In this document: positions 29,548 through 43,837 of the stretch, piece by piece
How the letters are laid out: every line of letters begins with the position of its first letter
Numbering within the stretch: the stretch's first letter is position 1
Source: the human T2T-CHM13v2.0 reference genome, Homo sapiens
NCBI RefSeq assembly: GCF_009914755.1
Contig: NC_060947.1
Strand: one strand, 5' to 3'
DNA length: 64,000 nucleotides
Translations under genes and position numbers: made by a program
The notes under the pieces: model-generated
Database searches by the model: none
What the model saw: the letters and a program-made list of their open reading frames with translations, nothing else
What the model was told of the DNA's origin: nothing

Positions 29548-30120
29548 ATATTATCAGTCTCTATTGCTGCATAACAAATTGTCCTGTAAAACAACAGTCA
29601 TTTACTTGTGCATAAGTTTGTGGGTTGGCAATTGGAGGAGGGTTTCTTTGACATGGTTTATCTCTGCTCCACATGATGACAGTCGGACCCACTTAGGCAT
29701 TTTCAGTTTGTTGGTGGGTTGTCTGGGAGCTTGCTATTCTTAGATGGCCTCTCTCACCTCTCATGGGCTCCAACTCTGAGTGCTGCTAGAGCTGACATGG
29801 CTGGGCCTCTTTTTCTCTCCACATGGTCATTCTCTCTACGTGACATCTCATTCTCTCAGAGGTTAGCCCAGACTTGTTTACAAGGCTTTTGTGACCCAGG
29901 TGAGTGAGATCAGAAGCTGCAAAGCTTCTTCTAGACTTGGAAGTCATACACTGTCAATTTTGTCACATTCTATTGGTCAAAGAAAATCCATAGCATCCAA
30001 GACTCAAGGAGTAGAAAAATAAGCCACTTCTTGGTGGAAGTTGAGACAAAGTAACACTGCAAAGATATGTGTACAGAGATGGGAGAATATTTTCTGGCCA
30101 TATTTGTAAACTATCCTCAA
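29548..30120 (-). mobile_element. MLT1 (F/G/H-like) LTR
   Basis: tcagtctctattgctgcataacaaa...cacattctattggtcaaag...gccatatttgtaaacta. Confidence 0.72.
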
Positions 30121-30309
30121 CAAAGAATGTGTGCAAGATCTTTCCAATGAGGGGACTATTGTGATATTCAGGTAACTGCAGGTTAATAACCCAAGAATGA
30201 TATAAGACACATTGTAAAGGAAGAGCCAAAAGAACTTGTTAACTGATTAGTTGTGAGATGATAGACAAGAATTTAAAAATTTTGATGTTCAAAACTAGAC
30301 TTCATCCGT

Positions 30310-32170
30310 CAAGTTTAGAATTTAGGACTGGAAGAAATCTGCTCCAACCCTGACTAATGCTCAGATTCCCTCTACAAACTCATTCCTAATATGCTTGAGC
30401 ACCTCCAGTAATAAGGACATCTCTACCCTTGTGACAATAAATTTTTTGAACGTTCTGCTACATGGGTCTTTCCTGAATCAGACCAAACTTTGGCTCCCTG
30501 AAACTTCAACTGCTCAGTCCTGCTTCCAATCTGTAAGCTCCAGAGAATGATTCCATTTCTCCTTTGACATAAGGCCTTCAACAGCTGAAGACAATTATCA
30601 AGCGCTGTCCTTCCTTAGTAACTTTTTCTCTAAACATCTCCAGTATTTTGATCTGTTCCCATATCTCATCTCTTCCAGAATATTCTTTTGCTATATGTAT
30701 AGCAGTATGTGGATATGCTCATGTTTGCCAATCTCTCTCTCTTCCTCAATATATAATGTCCAGAATGAAACACAGTACAGAAGCATTGCCTAATATACAG
30801 CAAATGAGCGTGATTAGTTTTTCCCCTTGTTCAATTTAATGTTTAAAATTTTTTAAATTTTAATTATTATGGACACATAATAGTTGTACATATTGATTCA
30901 ATTTTGATTAATGCAAACCAATACTACCCTAGCTTTTCTGGAATCTGCATGTTATATTTTATCCATTTCTACTTTCAATACATGAGCAACCTTTTTTTTT
31001 ATCAGATATACTTCTTTTCACGATGTTACAAGAAACCGTTGAAAAATCATGTCCTTCCAAGCCAGGAGCTTTTTGCCATTCTCCACAGGACAGCCCTTCA
31101 TCTGTTAAAAAAATCAGCTTAATACACTGCTGTTCATATTCCTAGAGAGTAGTATCACAAGTACTGGGGCAATCTATCCTCAAATGACAATTTATGTATT
31201 GCATGCTTTGTGAGGGAAGGGAACAAAACATGAGATACTCTACAAAAATGTTATATCTGGCTTTTTGTCCTAAGACACTATGTATGTTAGTTACCTTGTA
31301 ATTTTTTAAGTACAGGGGAAGCCCATTTCTCAGTGTTCCAAAAAAGAAAGAAAAACTTGTAATAAGGCATTAAAACTGTCAATCATCTCGGTTATAGAAG
31401 AGGTCACTGCAGTTTCCCCTAAGAAGCAATTATCAGGTGAGCTTAGCTTTCCGGAGAAGGTGGAGGAGTGAGGTTTATACTTTTCAGATTTTTAAAACAT
31501 AAGAAAGAAAGGTTAGCAGCATAGGGTTTAAAACTCATTACAAGTAAACACAAATTGTTCCTTAATATTATCTTTAGTAGAAGAGGGCCTTTGTTAAAGA
31601 AAAAATCTTTTGACTTCCTTTGTGAGTCTAAATTTTTCACCAAATTGCCTTATAAAAATAATCAATTAATACATTTAGGACCTAGAAAGGAAAAATGTCC
31701 TTTGATATTTGGTTAAGGATTCCCCTAACATAAGGTAGTATTTCCCTAAATTATATTTGCAGAACTGTTTTTTTCAACACAAATATAAAACTTTGTATTT
31801 ATTTATATCAGTCAAGGTACATATGTTAGATTGAGACTGAGTCTACCTTGAAGAAATCTTTAAGGTTCCTGATTATGTCTTAACAATATAGTCACTGTCC
31901 CTACTAAATTATTTTCATAAGCAGATTTTATATGCATGCTATGAATGTCCTCGCCCAAGTCATTAAAAAATTGCTGAACAGGGCAATCCCAAGTATCCAG
32001 CTCTGCAGCATGTCACTAGAAAATTCTCTTCAGGTTTTCGGTGAGCCATAATCAGAACCGTTTTGGCTGCAGCAAATCAGCTGGTGCTGAATCCACCAAG
32101 TTCTCCTGGACATCTAGCCCATGCTTCTCTAACTCATCCAAGAGGACATCATGAGAAATACTAATATCTG
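30310..32170 (-). mobile_element. CR1/L3 LINE fragments (discontinuous)
   Basis: gcttgagcacctccagtaataagg, ggctccctgaaacttc, gtcattaaaaaattgctgaacagggc, catctagcccatgcttctc. Confidence 0.5.
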
Positions 32171-34369
32171 CTTTCTTGATGCCTTCTTATCTTTTCCTCT
32201 TGGAATTCACAAACTCATCAAGGTTAAAGTTTATTTAAACTTTATAAGAAAATGTTTTCTAATGCTGAGGTATTTTTTAATGTCCATAAGGTTCTTTAAT
32301 TAAAAAATGCCAAATTCATCTATACAACAAATAAAGCAAAATAGCCCAATGCATTCTATTCTTAGCTCAATCTGCCAGAGCACATTTGCATAATATCACA
32401 ATGTACTGATTTCAGCTGTTTGTTATATCAGTACCAAATGGAGCAAGGCCAGGAAACAGAGCGGAAGTGGCTATAGATATTACCGTACTGCTTTTCATTA
32501 ATAAGAAGCTTAAAAACTGGCCTTCAAAAAATAACACTTGTCAGAACCTCAAATTGGTGCTGTCTAAGGAGTATTGATTGATCTTGACTAGCCAGGAAAT
32601 TACAAAGAGGAGAGTCATAGTGCAACAATTCATCTTTGTCAATAAAAGAATCTCTGTTTCCACTGGAAACCATCTCTCTCCTGGTTCATGGGATGCAAAC
32701 TTAAAGAACTGTACGTTTCTGTAGGAGCTTTCATGCGTTGTCTTGGAAAGTCCTTCAATTGTAATAATTATGTGTGCTTACACTTGTCACCTTGAATCAC
32801 TTTTAGTCACATTCTCTTACCAAGCAAAGTGCCACAGAAGTGAAATGTTGACCCAACATACCAAGGAATTTATTAGCATGGTAGCATTGAAAATGGGGAA
32901 CATTTATCACTTACTTCAATGCAAACTACAAGTTACATTCAGTTATGTTGTCTGGATAGTAATTTTTTCACTAGAATGTAAATGCCATGAGAGCAGGAAC
33001 ATTATTTTGCTCAATGCCATGTCCCTGGCAATGAGATGAGTACCTGACCCATACAAGACAGTCAATAAATATTAATGAGACTGATAAATAAATTAATGAA
33101 CAGCTAATACATATCCATAGAATTACTACTATGGAACAAATATTAAATGCTTACTACGCCTCAGACACTGAACTAGGTTCTAATGGTATAGCTATGGAGA
33201 AGACAGAATGTGCCCTCTTGTTGATTATAACCCAGTGGCAGGTAGCCAGAAGTAAAAGATTGGTTCTCTGCTCTTGGGAGTTAGCTATGTTAAAATTGAG
33301 TTGGAAGGGCAAGAAACAGACACACAAAAAGTTAAATAAGGAGACTTTAATATATATAATACAAAGGCTATCATCCTTTTTATATGTATAGCTCATAAGG
33401 CTTACAGAGTCCATCTGCAATTAAGTTCATGTCTAGGCTTTTTGTTTTGTTTTATGAAGGCTTAGCTGCCCTTACCACAAACACTTAATCTTATCATTTC
33501 CTTCCTCCCTCTAACTATTTTATTTTCACGTATCATTTTTTTCTTTCCTGTATACTATAAACCCCCAACCAAATAGGAAACAAAATAAAGTGTGATACAT
33601 CTTGTTTACTTTAAAACATCTCAACCTTTCTGCCTACACCACCAAAAGCAATCATACTTCAAAGTCTGTTGGCTGTATCATCACAGCACTTTTAATTTAG
33701 ATGTAGTTACATTTGCATAACAGTTTAGCTGTGAATTTGGCAGGAAATTTCTGAAGAGTTATTTTGGTTTTACAGAAAGTATGCCCAATGTCTAATAAGC
33801 AGATCTCCTGTGCAGTGTTGCATTTTTATCTTTACGAAAAAAAAAAAGACCCGGAGGCTCATACCTTGGCAAAACCTTTTTTCCTAACAAATAATACAAT
33901 TAGCAATATTGCTTTTCTCAAGGGTGATAATGTAGTAAAGCTTGTTAAATTTCTGAAACCATAGTAACACTACAGGATAAACTCAATGAAAATGATATTT
34001 AATATTTGGTTTACTTTTTCTGAGTATAAAATAAATGCATATTCATATCATATTTTTGGAAGATGCAGAGAAATATAGAAAGGATAAAAATTACCCATAA
34101 TCTTATCACCTGAAGCCTACTACTTTAATATGTTAGAATAAACCATTCTAGTTATTTTTTTCCTATGTGTGTACTTGTGCATATTTAAGAAACTTAGAAG
34201 TATACTCTATTGGCCAAGGATAGAAAGTAAGTGTTATCTAAAGTGGCCTTCCGGTTGCTTAATAGAGACTACTAACATATTGAAGAGGCTTCTTAGATAA
34301 AGATACCATGAAGAATTAGTAAAGGCTGCCTTTTTTCTTTCATTCTTTCTTCTTTACATTCTTTCTTTC

Positions 34370-35180
34370 TTTTCACTTTATATTACAGAAAATTTCAAAC
34401 ATAAATTAAGGAAAATAATATAATGAAACCCCATGTACCTAATCACCCAGCTTCAACAACTGTCAATGTTCTGTCATTATTGTTCCATCTATATCTCCAC
34501 TCAGTCCTCACACTACTTGATTATTACATTTGTACACTTCTTTTTTAGGTAAAATTTGCATACATTAATATACACACGTTTTAACTGCACAATTTTGAAA
34601 ACAAATCACACCCATTTCCAGATAATTCCGTGTGTCTCTCCACAGTCAATCCTGCCCTCATCCACCTTGGAGGTACCCAGAATTCTACATCTTCTAGAAC
34701 TTCACCTACATATACATGTACAGCATGTACTCTTGGCTTCTTCACCCAGCACAGTGCCTAGGAGATTAATCCATGTTATTGTGCGTATCAGTAGTTCAAT
34801 CTGTTTTATTGCTGAGTAATAGTCCATTGTATGAACATACCGTGGTTTGTTCATCCATTTTTCTGTTGATGAACACCTGAAGTATTTCCAGTTTTGGCAA
34901 TTATGAATAACAATGCTATAAAATTCTGGTGCACTAATTCACATGTATGGGTGTAGATATATTTTTGTTTTTCTTGAATAAATACCTAGAAGAGGAATGG
35001 TTGCGCCATAGGGTAAGTGTATGTTTATTTTTGTAAGAAACTACCAAACATTTACCAAAGTGGACGTGCCATTTTCCACTCAACCAACAATGAATGAGAG
35101 TTCCTTTTGCTCCATATCTTCATCTACATTAGGTGCTATCAGCCATTCCTGTGGGTATATTGGCTTCACATTGTGGTCCA
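34370..35180 (-). mobile_element. old L1M 3' fragments
   Basis: tttttattgctgagtaatagtccattgtatgaacatacc-like tract, tttccagttttggcaattatgaata, gaataaatacctagaagagg. Confidence 0.75.
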
Positions 35181-35425
35181 GTTATTAGGATGACCAGCTT
35201 CCTCACATGTACGTTTCTAGACCAAAGCCTGACCAGGGCCCAGTGGACACCAATGGCATCCCAATATCTAGAGAATCACAAGGTTATTCCTTTACCAGTC
35301 CCAATAACAGGCTGGGTCACAGAGTTATAGTGTCCAGGAATGAGCACTTGTTATAGGTGTCTTGAGAGGCTCAGGCCTGTTGGACAATCAAACTGGGCCA
35401 ATCATAGCAAAACGCAGCAAATACC

Positions 35426-35741
35426 ATGTTTTCGAAGAGAAGGCAAAGGAGCTCCTATAGGTGTAGAAATCAGACTTTCTCCTACTCCATAAGAGCCAAG
35501 CAGCAGTTCCTCTTGAGCTGTGTGCACTGCCTTTTGTGGAAGAATCACTGCCCAAGACCTGAACTTGTTCACTACTTTCAAATACTTGGTGGCAACATCC
35601 TGGAGCTGATGGGCAACAAGGTCCACAAAAACTATAGGATGCACATCACCCCAAAATATGTGGAAAGAGTAGTGGACAACAATCCATTGCTCAGCCACCT
35701 CTTTGAAGGTGACACAAATTCAGGCTGATGAACTATTTTGA
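35426..35741 (+). pseudogene. H2AQ1P: short histone H2A variant, H2A.Q-like; intronless, frameshifted, with a residual 100-aa ORF at 35426-35728
   Basis: Aligns to the H2A fold: RAKQQFLLSCVHCLL vs RAGLQFPVGRVHRLL; NILELMGN vs EILELAGN; HITPKYVERVVDNNPLLSHLF vs [21 protein letters not shown]. It has an Arg/Ser-rich short N-tail and truncated C-tail. The H2A-family call is strong; the H2A.Q and symbol assignment is from recall. Confidence 0.8.
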
Positions 35742-35860
35742 TCCAGAAAGAACAGCTGTTGTCTGGATCCCAGAACCTGAAGGGAGTCCACACAGCCTCA
35801 TTTAGCTCTCAAACTTTAACCAGCTGAAGGGCCCCTAGGATACTGCCATCAGCAAATGCT

Positions 35861-35866
35861 AATAAA
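35861..35866 (+). terminator. candidate polyadenylation signal of the H2A variant
   Basis: AATAAA about 130 bp after the stop; no canonical histone stem-loop seen. Confidence 0.55.
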
Positions 35867-36979
35867 GAATCTAAATCCATGGGCATGCTTCTGGCTCCTC
35901 TCAATTTCAGACATTCTGAGCTGAAAGTATTTGTGAGACATCCAAGAGGAGAAATCCCATATAAAATTGAAGGGATAGAAACTGTGGTCAGTGTCAGGTG
36001 TTTGAGTCAGTGATTTTAGAGAGGAGCAGTTTCTAATGATGAGAGTGCAGAGCTCATTAGCTCTATGAAAGGCCTTATGAGATCAGGAAGTTGTCCGGGG
36101 TCCTCCTAGGCATGTTGAGTTCTCACATGATGATTGTAGTTGGGGTGAGCTGAAGACCGTGGCTGAGATGCAGAAGGCTACATTCGTGATAGGGAATGCC
36201 TAAAGGTTGGAGGTGAGAAGGTTGCATAATGGTTGGCATAAAATTAATGGAGTTTTAAGGTGAAGATTTAGGCATGATGGAGAAAATATTAAATAAATAT
36301 ACAAAAAAGAATTATATTAATGTTGATTTTATTTATTTATTTATTATTGATTTTATTTAATATTTATTTATTTATACACTACCACATTCCAAAGAAGAAC
36401 TTGAAGCAAAGATTATTAGCTACTTAGTGTTATGGTTCTTCCTGTGAAATACGTCTTTCTGTCCTCTCTTATGGACACTGGTAAATAGTAATATTACATA
36501 CAAGCTACTATCCAGCCTACGGCATGCACTTCAAGCAGTTCTTACTGCTTATTAAATGTTAATGAATATATCTACTTATTAATGTATTCCATTATAAACA
36601 CAATTATTAATCTCATTCTCAGATGAAACACCAATGAGTCTAATGATTATATATTTGAGAGAGCACCATACAGTGGTTGAATAAGTATTTGAAAATGTGT
36701 AAGTATACTCTATGCAAATTCTGTTTCCAGTGATGGATTCAAAAGAAAATATAATTCTTACAGACACATTAACACACGGTATTAGGTTAAAAATAGGTGC
36801 CGCATTACATGCTGTGGAAATCTGAGATTAATTTTTATTAATAATAACTATTCTCCCTTGTGAGGGAGATTTTCACTTGCTCACTGGATATTCAAGGGCC
36901 GCCCTCTACTGCCTCTTGGCCTTCTTACAGAGAGCTGATAAAAGAAAGTCTGTCCAGATGATTTAAAAAATGGAATTAG

Positions 36980-37170
36980 AAAGCCTAGCTTTGAGACTGC
37001 AGTTCACTACTTACTGGCCATGTATTCTTGGACATTCATTTATTCCCTCTGAGCATCAGTTTCCTGTTCTGTAAAACGGGGATAATAAGAGTTTCTTCAT
37101 CTTTGTGTCTTTGAAGGGATTAAGTCAGCCTGTGACTTAAAGCCACCTGGCACAAAGTACATCCTTAATT
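36980..37170 (+). mobile_element. MIR
   Basis: cactacttactggccatgtattcttggac...ctctgagcatcagtttcctgttctgtaaaacggggataata. Confidence 0.7.
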
Positions 37171-37841
37171 AGTGGCTCCATGGGTCTTCCATATATACCA
37201 GATATTTAGGTGTGCTTCCCCAAGGTACAGCTAGATGTGGTTCTCATGTGATTGTTGGATGCTTAGGCAACTAGATGTGAAAATCAGACTCTGCTAAACC
37301 TTTTGGAGAGACATAAGAGTGTTGTGAAGTGGAAGTAAGAGTTAGAACAAAGAACTAGACAGTCCATACACTGGTTTCCTCTTGGTTCTCCACTGCCTGG
37401 TGATCCACCCTCTCTCTGCTGCTTTCCACCATCTTTCAAAGCAGAAGGACCTGGCTTGGCTTTTGCCTGCTCCACAGGAGTGACCTGAGTATGAAAAATA
37501 TAGTACTGGTGTTGGGTTTTCAGCTGTTTGGAATATGTGCTTGCATAAATTCCAAGAAACCTTTGTTGCCACATAATGCTTACAAAGCATCATGTTTACA
37601 GACAGCGCATTGTCAAAATGTTCACAAATTTGTGATTTGTTACAGAGTCACAAAGCCTTCTTAACATCAGCCAAGGTAAACTCTTAGTCTTCTTTTTGTT
37701 TTACCTGGCAAGCCAGCCTCTCTCTGCAACAGCTGGCAGTGGAGATTCGTTTTCAGGTGAAAACACCATAACACCCACATGGCAGCCATCACCCAACCCC
37801 AAAATGAAGTATCTGTTTGTCCAGAACACTGGTTTCTCATA

Positions 37842-38262
37842 TTAGGTTGGTGCAAATGTACTTATGGTTTTTGCATTGTTGGAATTGCCGTTTGATATTG
37901 GAATACATTCTTAAATAAATATGGTTATGTTATAATCATTTTAATGGGCATTTCTCACTTATTTATTTTGCTAATGACGTATTAGTTGCTGTTTATTTTA
38001 GAGTATGGAAATGATGTTACACAAAAAGCAAATTTAAGTGATTTTCTTATTCTAGTTCAAAATGGCTCATAAAGCAGCGGAGACAACTTGCAACATCAAC
38101 AATGCATTTGGCCCAGAACTGCTAACAAATGTACAATGGTGGTGGTTCAAGAAGTTTTGCAAAGGAGATGAGAGCCTTGAAGATGAAGAGAATAGTGGCT
38201 GGCCATCAGAAGTTGACAATGACCAATTGAGAGCAATCATCGAAGCTGATCCTCTTACAACT
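37842..38262 (+). mobile_element. Hsmar1 mariner transposon, 5' part only (left TIR plus N-terminal transposase, stop at codon 11)
   Basis: TA then ttaggttggtgcaaa TIR; ATG at 38005 reads MEMMLHKKQI*; KAAETTCNINNAFGP...WWFKKFCKGDESLEDEENSGWPSEVDNDQLRAIIEADPLTT matches the Hsmar1/SETMAR HTH domain. Confidence 0.93.
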
Positions 38263-39600
38263 TTTTATCTTATTTGTCTAATTTATTGGAGTAATATTTC
38301 TCATTTGATATCTGTAGAATCGGTAGGAAAGTCTGTTTTTGCATTACTGATACTGATTATTTGTTCTTTCTCTCTCTTTTTTCTTAGTCAGTCTTGCTAG
38401 GCTTTTATCAATTTTATTAACTGCTTCAAAAACCAACATTTGACTTAGTGCATTTTATGTTGTTTATATATTTTCAGATTCATTCGTATATACTCTTTAT
38501 CATTTCCTTTCATTCTACACATGAGGTTCAATTTGGTACAGTTTCTAATATCATAAGGTAGAAACAATGATTTTTACTTTCTGTATTATGAGGATTTTTA
38601 GCATGCTTTAACTGCATATGACGAAGTTCGTTATGTTATATTTTTATTTTCTTTCAATTTGAAATATTTTCTATCTTCCCCTTTGATTTATTTTTACCAT
38701 GGGTTATTCAGAAATATATTGTTTTATTTTCAATTGGGACTTTTATAGCTATCTGTTTGTAGTTGGTATCTAATATAGGTCCATTATAGTCAGAAAGATG
38801 TTCTGTAATATTTCAAACATTTAAAATTCATTGAGAATTGACTTATGTCCCTGAATATGGTCTGTCTATCTTGGTGTACATTCTGTACACATTTAAAAAG
38901 AATGTATATTCTGCAATTGTTTGGTGTCATATTCTGTAAATGCCAATTACGTCAAGGTGGTTGATAGTGTTCTTCAGATTTTCTATATGCCTAGTATTTT
39001 CTGACTAGTTGTTCTATTAGTTACTGAGACTGGGGTGTTAAAAATCTCTGACTATGTTTGTGAGTCTACCTATTTCTCTCTTTAATACAGCCAAATTTGT
39101 GTCATTGATGTTTTCTGGCTGTGTTTTGGGCATTCTAACTATGAGTTAGAATTTCTGTGTCCTCCCAATGTATTCATGTTTATTATCATTAATAAATGCC
39201 CCTACATTTCTCCAGTAATACTATTTGTCTTGAATTATATTTTGTCTATTTATATAGTCACTCCTGATTTTTTATGCTTCTCATTTATATATTTTCCCAA
39301 CTTTTTACCTTCAACCTATTTGTGAATGTTAATTTAAAATTCATCTTTTGTAGACATGACATAGGTGCACCTTGTTATTTCTTTGTTTGTTTTTATCTTG
39401 CCCAGAATTCTCTGCTTTTTAGTTTGATGTTTGGTACATTTATATTTAATACGATTATTGACATGATTGCATCTCAAACTACTAATTTGTTATTTATTTC
39501 CTAATCAGCTCATCTGGGTTTTGTGCTCCTTTTAATGTCTTATTTTGATTTAATAAAAATATTTTTGGCATTTAATTTGAATTCTTCTATTGGCTATTTA
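38263..39600 (-). mobile_element. old L1M ORF2 (endonuclease region)
   Basis: aaaaagaatgtatattctgcaattgttt, caaggtggttgatagtgttcttcag, ctttttaccttcaacctatttgtg. Confidence 0.78.
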
Positions 39601-40559
39601 TTGTACAATTATTTGTAACATTAAAAGCATACCAAGCTTATACACAAGTTGTAAGCACAACTTTTAAGAAATATTTTTAAAATATTTTTTCCTAATCTCA
39701 TTGAGCTAAGTTTGGTGACATGATGCTCTATTATCCCTAAATATTTTATTAGTATATCTTTTAATAGTAAGGACATTCCCCCCAAACAACCACATTACAT
39801 TACACCATTAAAATTAGAAAATCAACACTGAAACTATTATTTAAACCAAATACTTCATTTAATTCCCATCAAAATTCCCAAAGAGTAGTAAAATATTCAA
39901 TTCAAAAAGATGTGTTGTATTTAGCTTCATGTCTTTTAGTATTCCTTGGTCTGCAAAATTTTCTTAGACTTTATATGAATTTCATGAATCACACAACTTT
40001 GAAAATGGTAAGGCAGCTATTTCATAAAATGTCTTTTAAGTTGAGCTTGTCTGATATTTCCCTATAACTAGATTTAGGTTATACATATTTTACAGTTATA
40101 TCACAGAATTTATGTTGTGTTTTCATTTTATTCTATGAGTACCCAACAATGTTGATTTGTCTCATTACAGATGATGTTCACTATGTTCACTTTGTCAGGC
40201 TTCTATACTTAAATATCCTTGTGTTCCAAGTTTCCTTTTGGCATCATGCCTATTCCTCTAACTTAAATCCAAGACAACAAAATTCATTCATGTTTTCTCC
40301 CTTTCTGTATTTAGAACTCCGTTCTCTGACATTGAAAAACTAAAATTCCTAATTCATTCATGAGAAGACTGTAATGGAGGTAAAAGCCAATCATCCCAAT
40401 AGGTCCTTGGAGAGGTCCTAGGCTCAAAATCAGCAGGTTCATAGGATGGAAATAAAAAACAGTGATTGTTAAAAGCAACATGAATTGAAGGTCTCTCTTT
40501 CCATCTTATATATTAACAGAGAGTATATTTGACTAAACAAATGAAGAAAAGCAGCATCC

Positions 40560-42000
40560 CAAAGAGAAGGAAAAAGTTAAACAACTGATTGTGGAGGAAA
40601 CAGATGTTTCAGGGAATAGAAGATAAATTTAAATAAAATAAAATCTTTCTAAATTGATATCCTTAGGCAGATTTGAGGAATTTGTGCCATCCATGAAAAA
40701 AGATATCATAAAAAATAATTAAGGCATAAGAAACAGCTCTTAGAATTAAATATGATTGCTTAAAGAAAAAATTCATAAGAAGAGATGGAAGAAAAAGTTG
40801 AAGAAATTTCCTAGAACATTGGGGGAAAATATTAATGATACACAAATTCAATCAAAAAGTCAATATCTGATTAATAAAAGTTCCAAAAGAAACAATAGAG
40901 GCTGATCATTAGAGAAATGCAAATCAAAACCACAATGAGATACCATCTCATGCCAGTCAGAATAGCGATTATTAAAAAGTCAAGAAACAACAGGTGCTGC
41001 GAGGTTGTGGAGAAATAGGAATGCTTTTACACTGTTGGTTGGAGTGTAAATAAGTTCAACCACTGTGGAAGACAGTGTGGCAATTCATTAAAGATGTAGA
41101 ACCAGAAATACCACTTGACCCAGCAATCCCATTACTGGGTATATACCCAAAGAAATATAAATCATTCTATTACAAAGACACATGCATGCATATGTTCATT
41201 GCAGCACTATTAACCATAGCAAAGACACAGAATCAACCCAAATACCCATCAATGATATACTGGATAAAGAAAATGTGGTACATATACACCGTGGAATACT
41301 ATGTAGCCATAAAAAGATATGAGATCATGTTCTCTGCAGGGACATGGATGGAGCTGGAAGCCATTATCTTCAGCAAACTAATGCAGGAACAGAAAACCAA
41401 ACACTGCATGTTCTCACTTACAAGTGGGAGCTGAACAATGAGAAAACATGGACACAGGGAGGGGAACAACACACACTGGGGCCTGTCGGGGGTAGGGGAA
41501 GAGCATCAGGAAAAATAGCTAATGCATGCCAGGCGTAATACCTAGGTGATGGATTGATAATTACAGCAAACCACCATGGCATATGTTTACCTATGTAACA
41601 AATCTGCACATCTTGCACATGTACCCAGGAACTTAAAAAATAAAAAAACAGAGAAACAATAGAGGAAGCTGAGGGTAATAAATTATCAAATAAATAACAA
41701 AACAAAATTTCCCATGGGGGCACAAAGACATGAATTGTCATATCAAAAGGACCTATAGAGAGGTGATTAGAACGAACTTTTAAAATATCGTGTCCAAATG
41801 TATCCTCATAAAATTTTAGAACACTGAGTACGAAGAAATGATTCTAAAAGCCTCAGTGGGGGCAGGGGACAGTTCATCTACAAATAAACAAATATCAGAC
41901 AAGCATCAGACTTATGTGTAAAATTGGATGGTAGGAAACAATACGAGAATACCTCAAAATTCTGAAGTAAAATGTTTTTGATCCTAGAAGTTAGATTTGA
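40560..42000 (+). mobile_element. old L1M ORF1-like fragment (interrupted by L1PA)
   Basis: gaaaaagttgaagaaatttc, caatatctgattaataaaagttccaaaaga, attctaaaagcctcag, cctcaaaattctgaag. Confidence 0.55.
40902..41651 (+). mobile_element. L1PA 3' end (about PA8-PA13)
   Basis: ORF 41075-41434 EIPLDPAIPLLGIYPK...; 3'UTR and A-tail; TSD agaaacaatagagg at 40888-40901 and 41652-41665. Confidence 0.92.
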
Positions 42001-42094
42001 CTTCATTGTGCTAAGTAGTTAATGTACTTCCTCTGTCTTGTGTACTAGGCTTGTTGCCCTGCTTAGTCTCTCCCTTGAAAAGGAGTATGACTAA

Positions 42095-42560
<466 letters not shown>

Positions 42561-42719
42561 AGATTTTTCTAAATCATATATTTCTGCTTTTTTTCATAGA
42601 TTGAATTTTTAGCATCTAGGATGCTAGATATTGAGTTTTTTGTTGTTGGAACTTTGTTCTATTCTTTTAAATAACCTTAGACTTTTCTATCTTAGTTTAG
42701 TTAGTTGGGATATGTTTGA

Positions 42720-43190
42720 GCCCATGTTAATTGCAGCACTATTCACAATAGCAAAGACATTGAATCAACCTAAATACCTATGAATGACAGACTGGATAAA
42801 GAAAATGTGGTACATATACACTATGAAATACTATGCAGCCATAAAAAAGAACAATATCATGTTCTTTGCAGAAACATGAATGGAGTTGGAGGCCATTATC
42901 CTTAGCAAACTAAGGCAGGAACAGAAAAGCAAATACTGATGTTCTCACTTATAAGTGGGAGCTAAATGATGAGAACACATGGACACATAGAGGGGAACAG
43001 TACACACTGGGATCTACCAGAAGTTGGAAAGAGGGAGGAGGGAGAGGAGAAGAAAACTTTAGTATTGAGTACTAGGCTTACTACATAGGTGATGAAATAA
43101 TCTGTGCATCAAATCTGTGTGACACGAGTTTACCTATACAATAAGCCTGCACATGTACCCCTGAACCTAAAATAAAAGTTTTTTAAAAAG
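42720..43190 (+). mobile_element. L1PA 3' end (about PA13-PA16)
   Basis: gcagcactattcacaatagcaaagac ... cacatgtacccctgaacctaaaataaaag. Confidence 0.88.
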
Positions 43191-43483
43191 ATAAATATCT
43201 CATGTTAATATTGGTTATTTCTGGGTAGTAGGATTGGTAGTAACTTTATTCTTATTCTTTTACTTTGTATTTTTCTAAATTTTTGAAAATTCTACAGTAA
43301 ACACATTTCTTTTATGGCAGAAAAAGGAAATAGAAATTATTTTATTTATTAAATAATGAGGTCTGGTATTAGGACAGTATTTTGGTTACTTGAAAGTACA
43401 GGAATCTTAAAATAGATGAATGCTTGCCCAATTTTCAGGTCTATACAGATTCTGGGTTTTCTGTGCTAAAGTACAGGTAGTAA

Positions 43484-43837
<354 letters not shown>

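Noticed and set aside
35402-35698. 98-aa antisense ORF over the H2A variant
   Set aside because: Shadow ORF of the histone-like sequence with no independent evidence.
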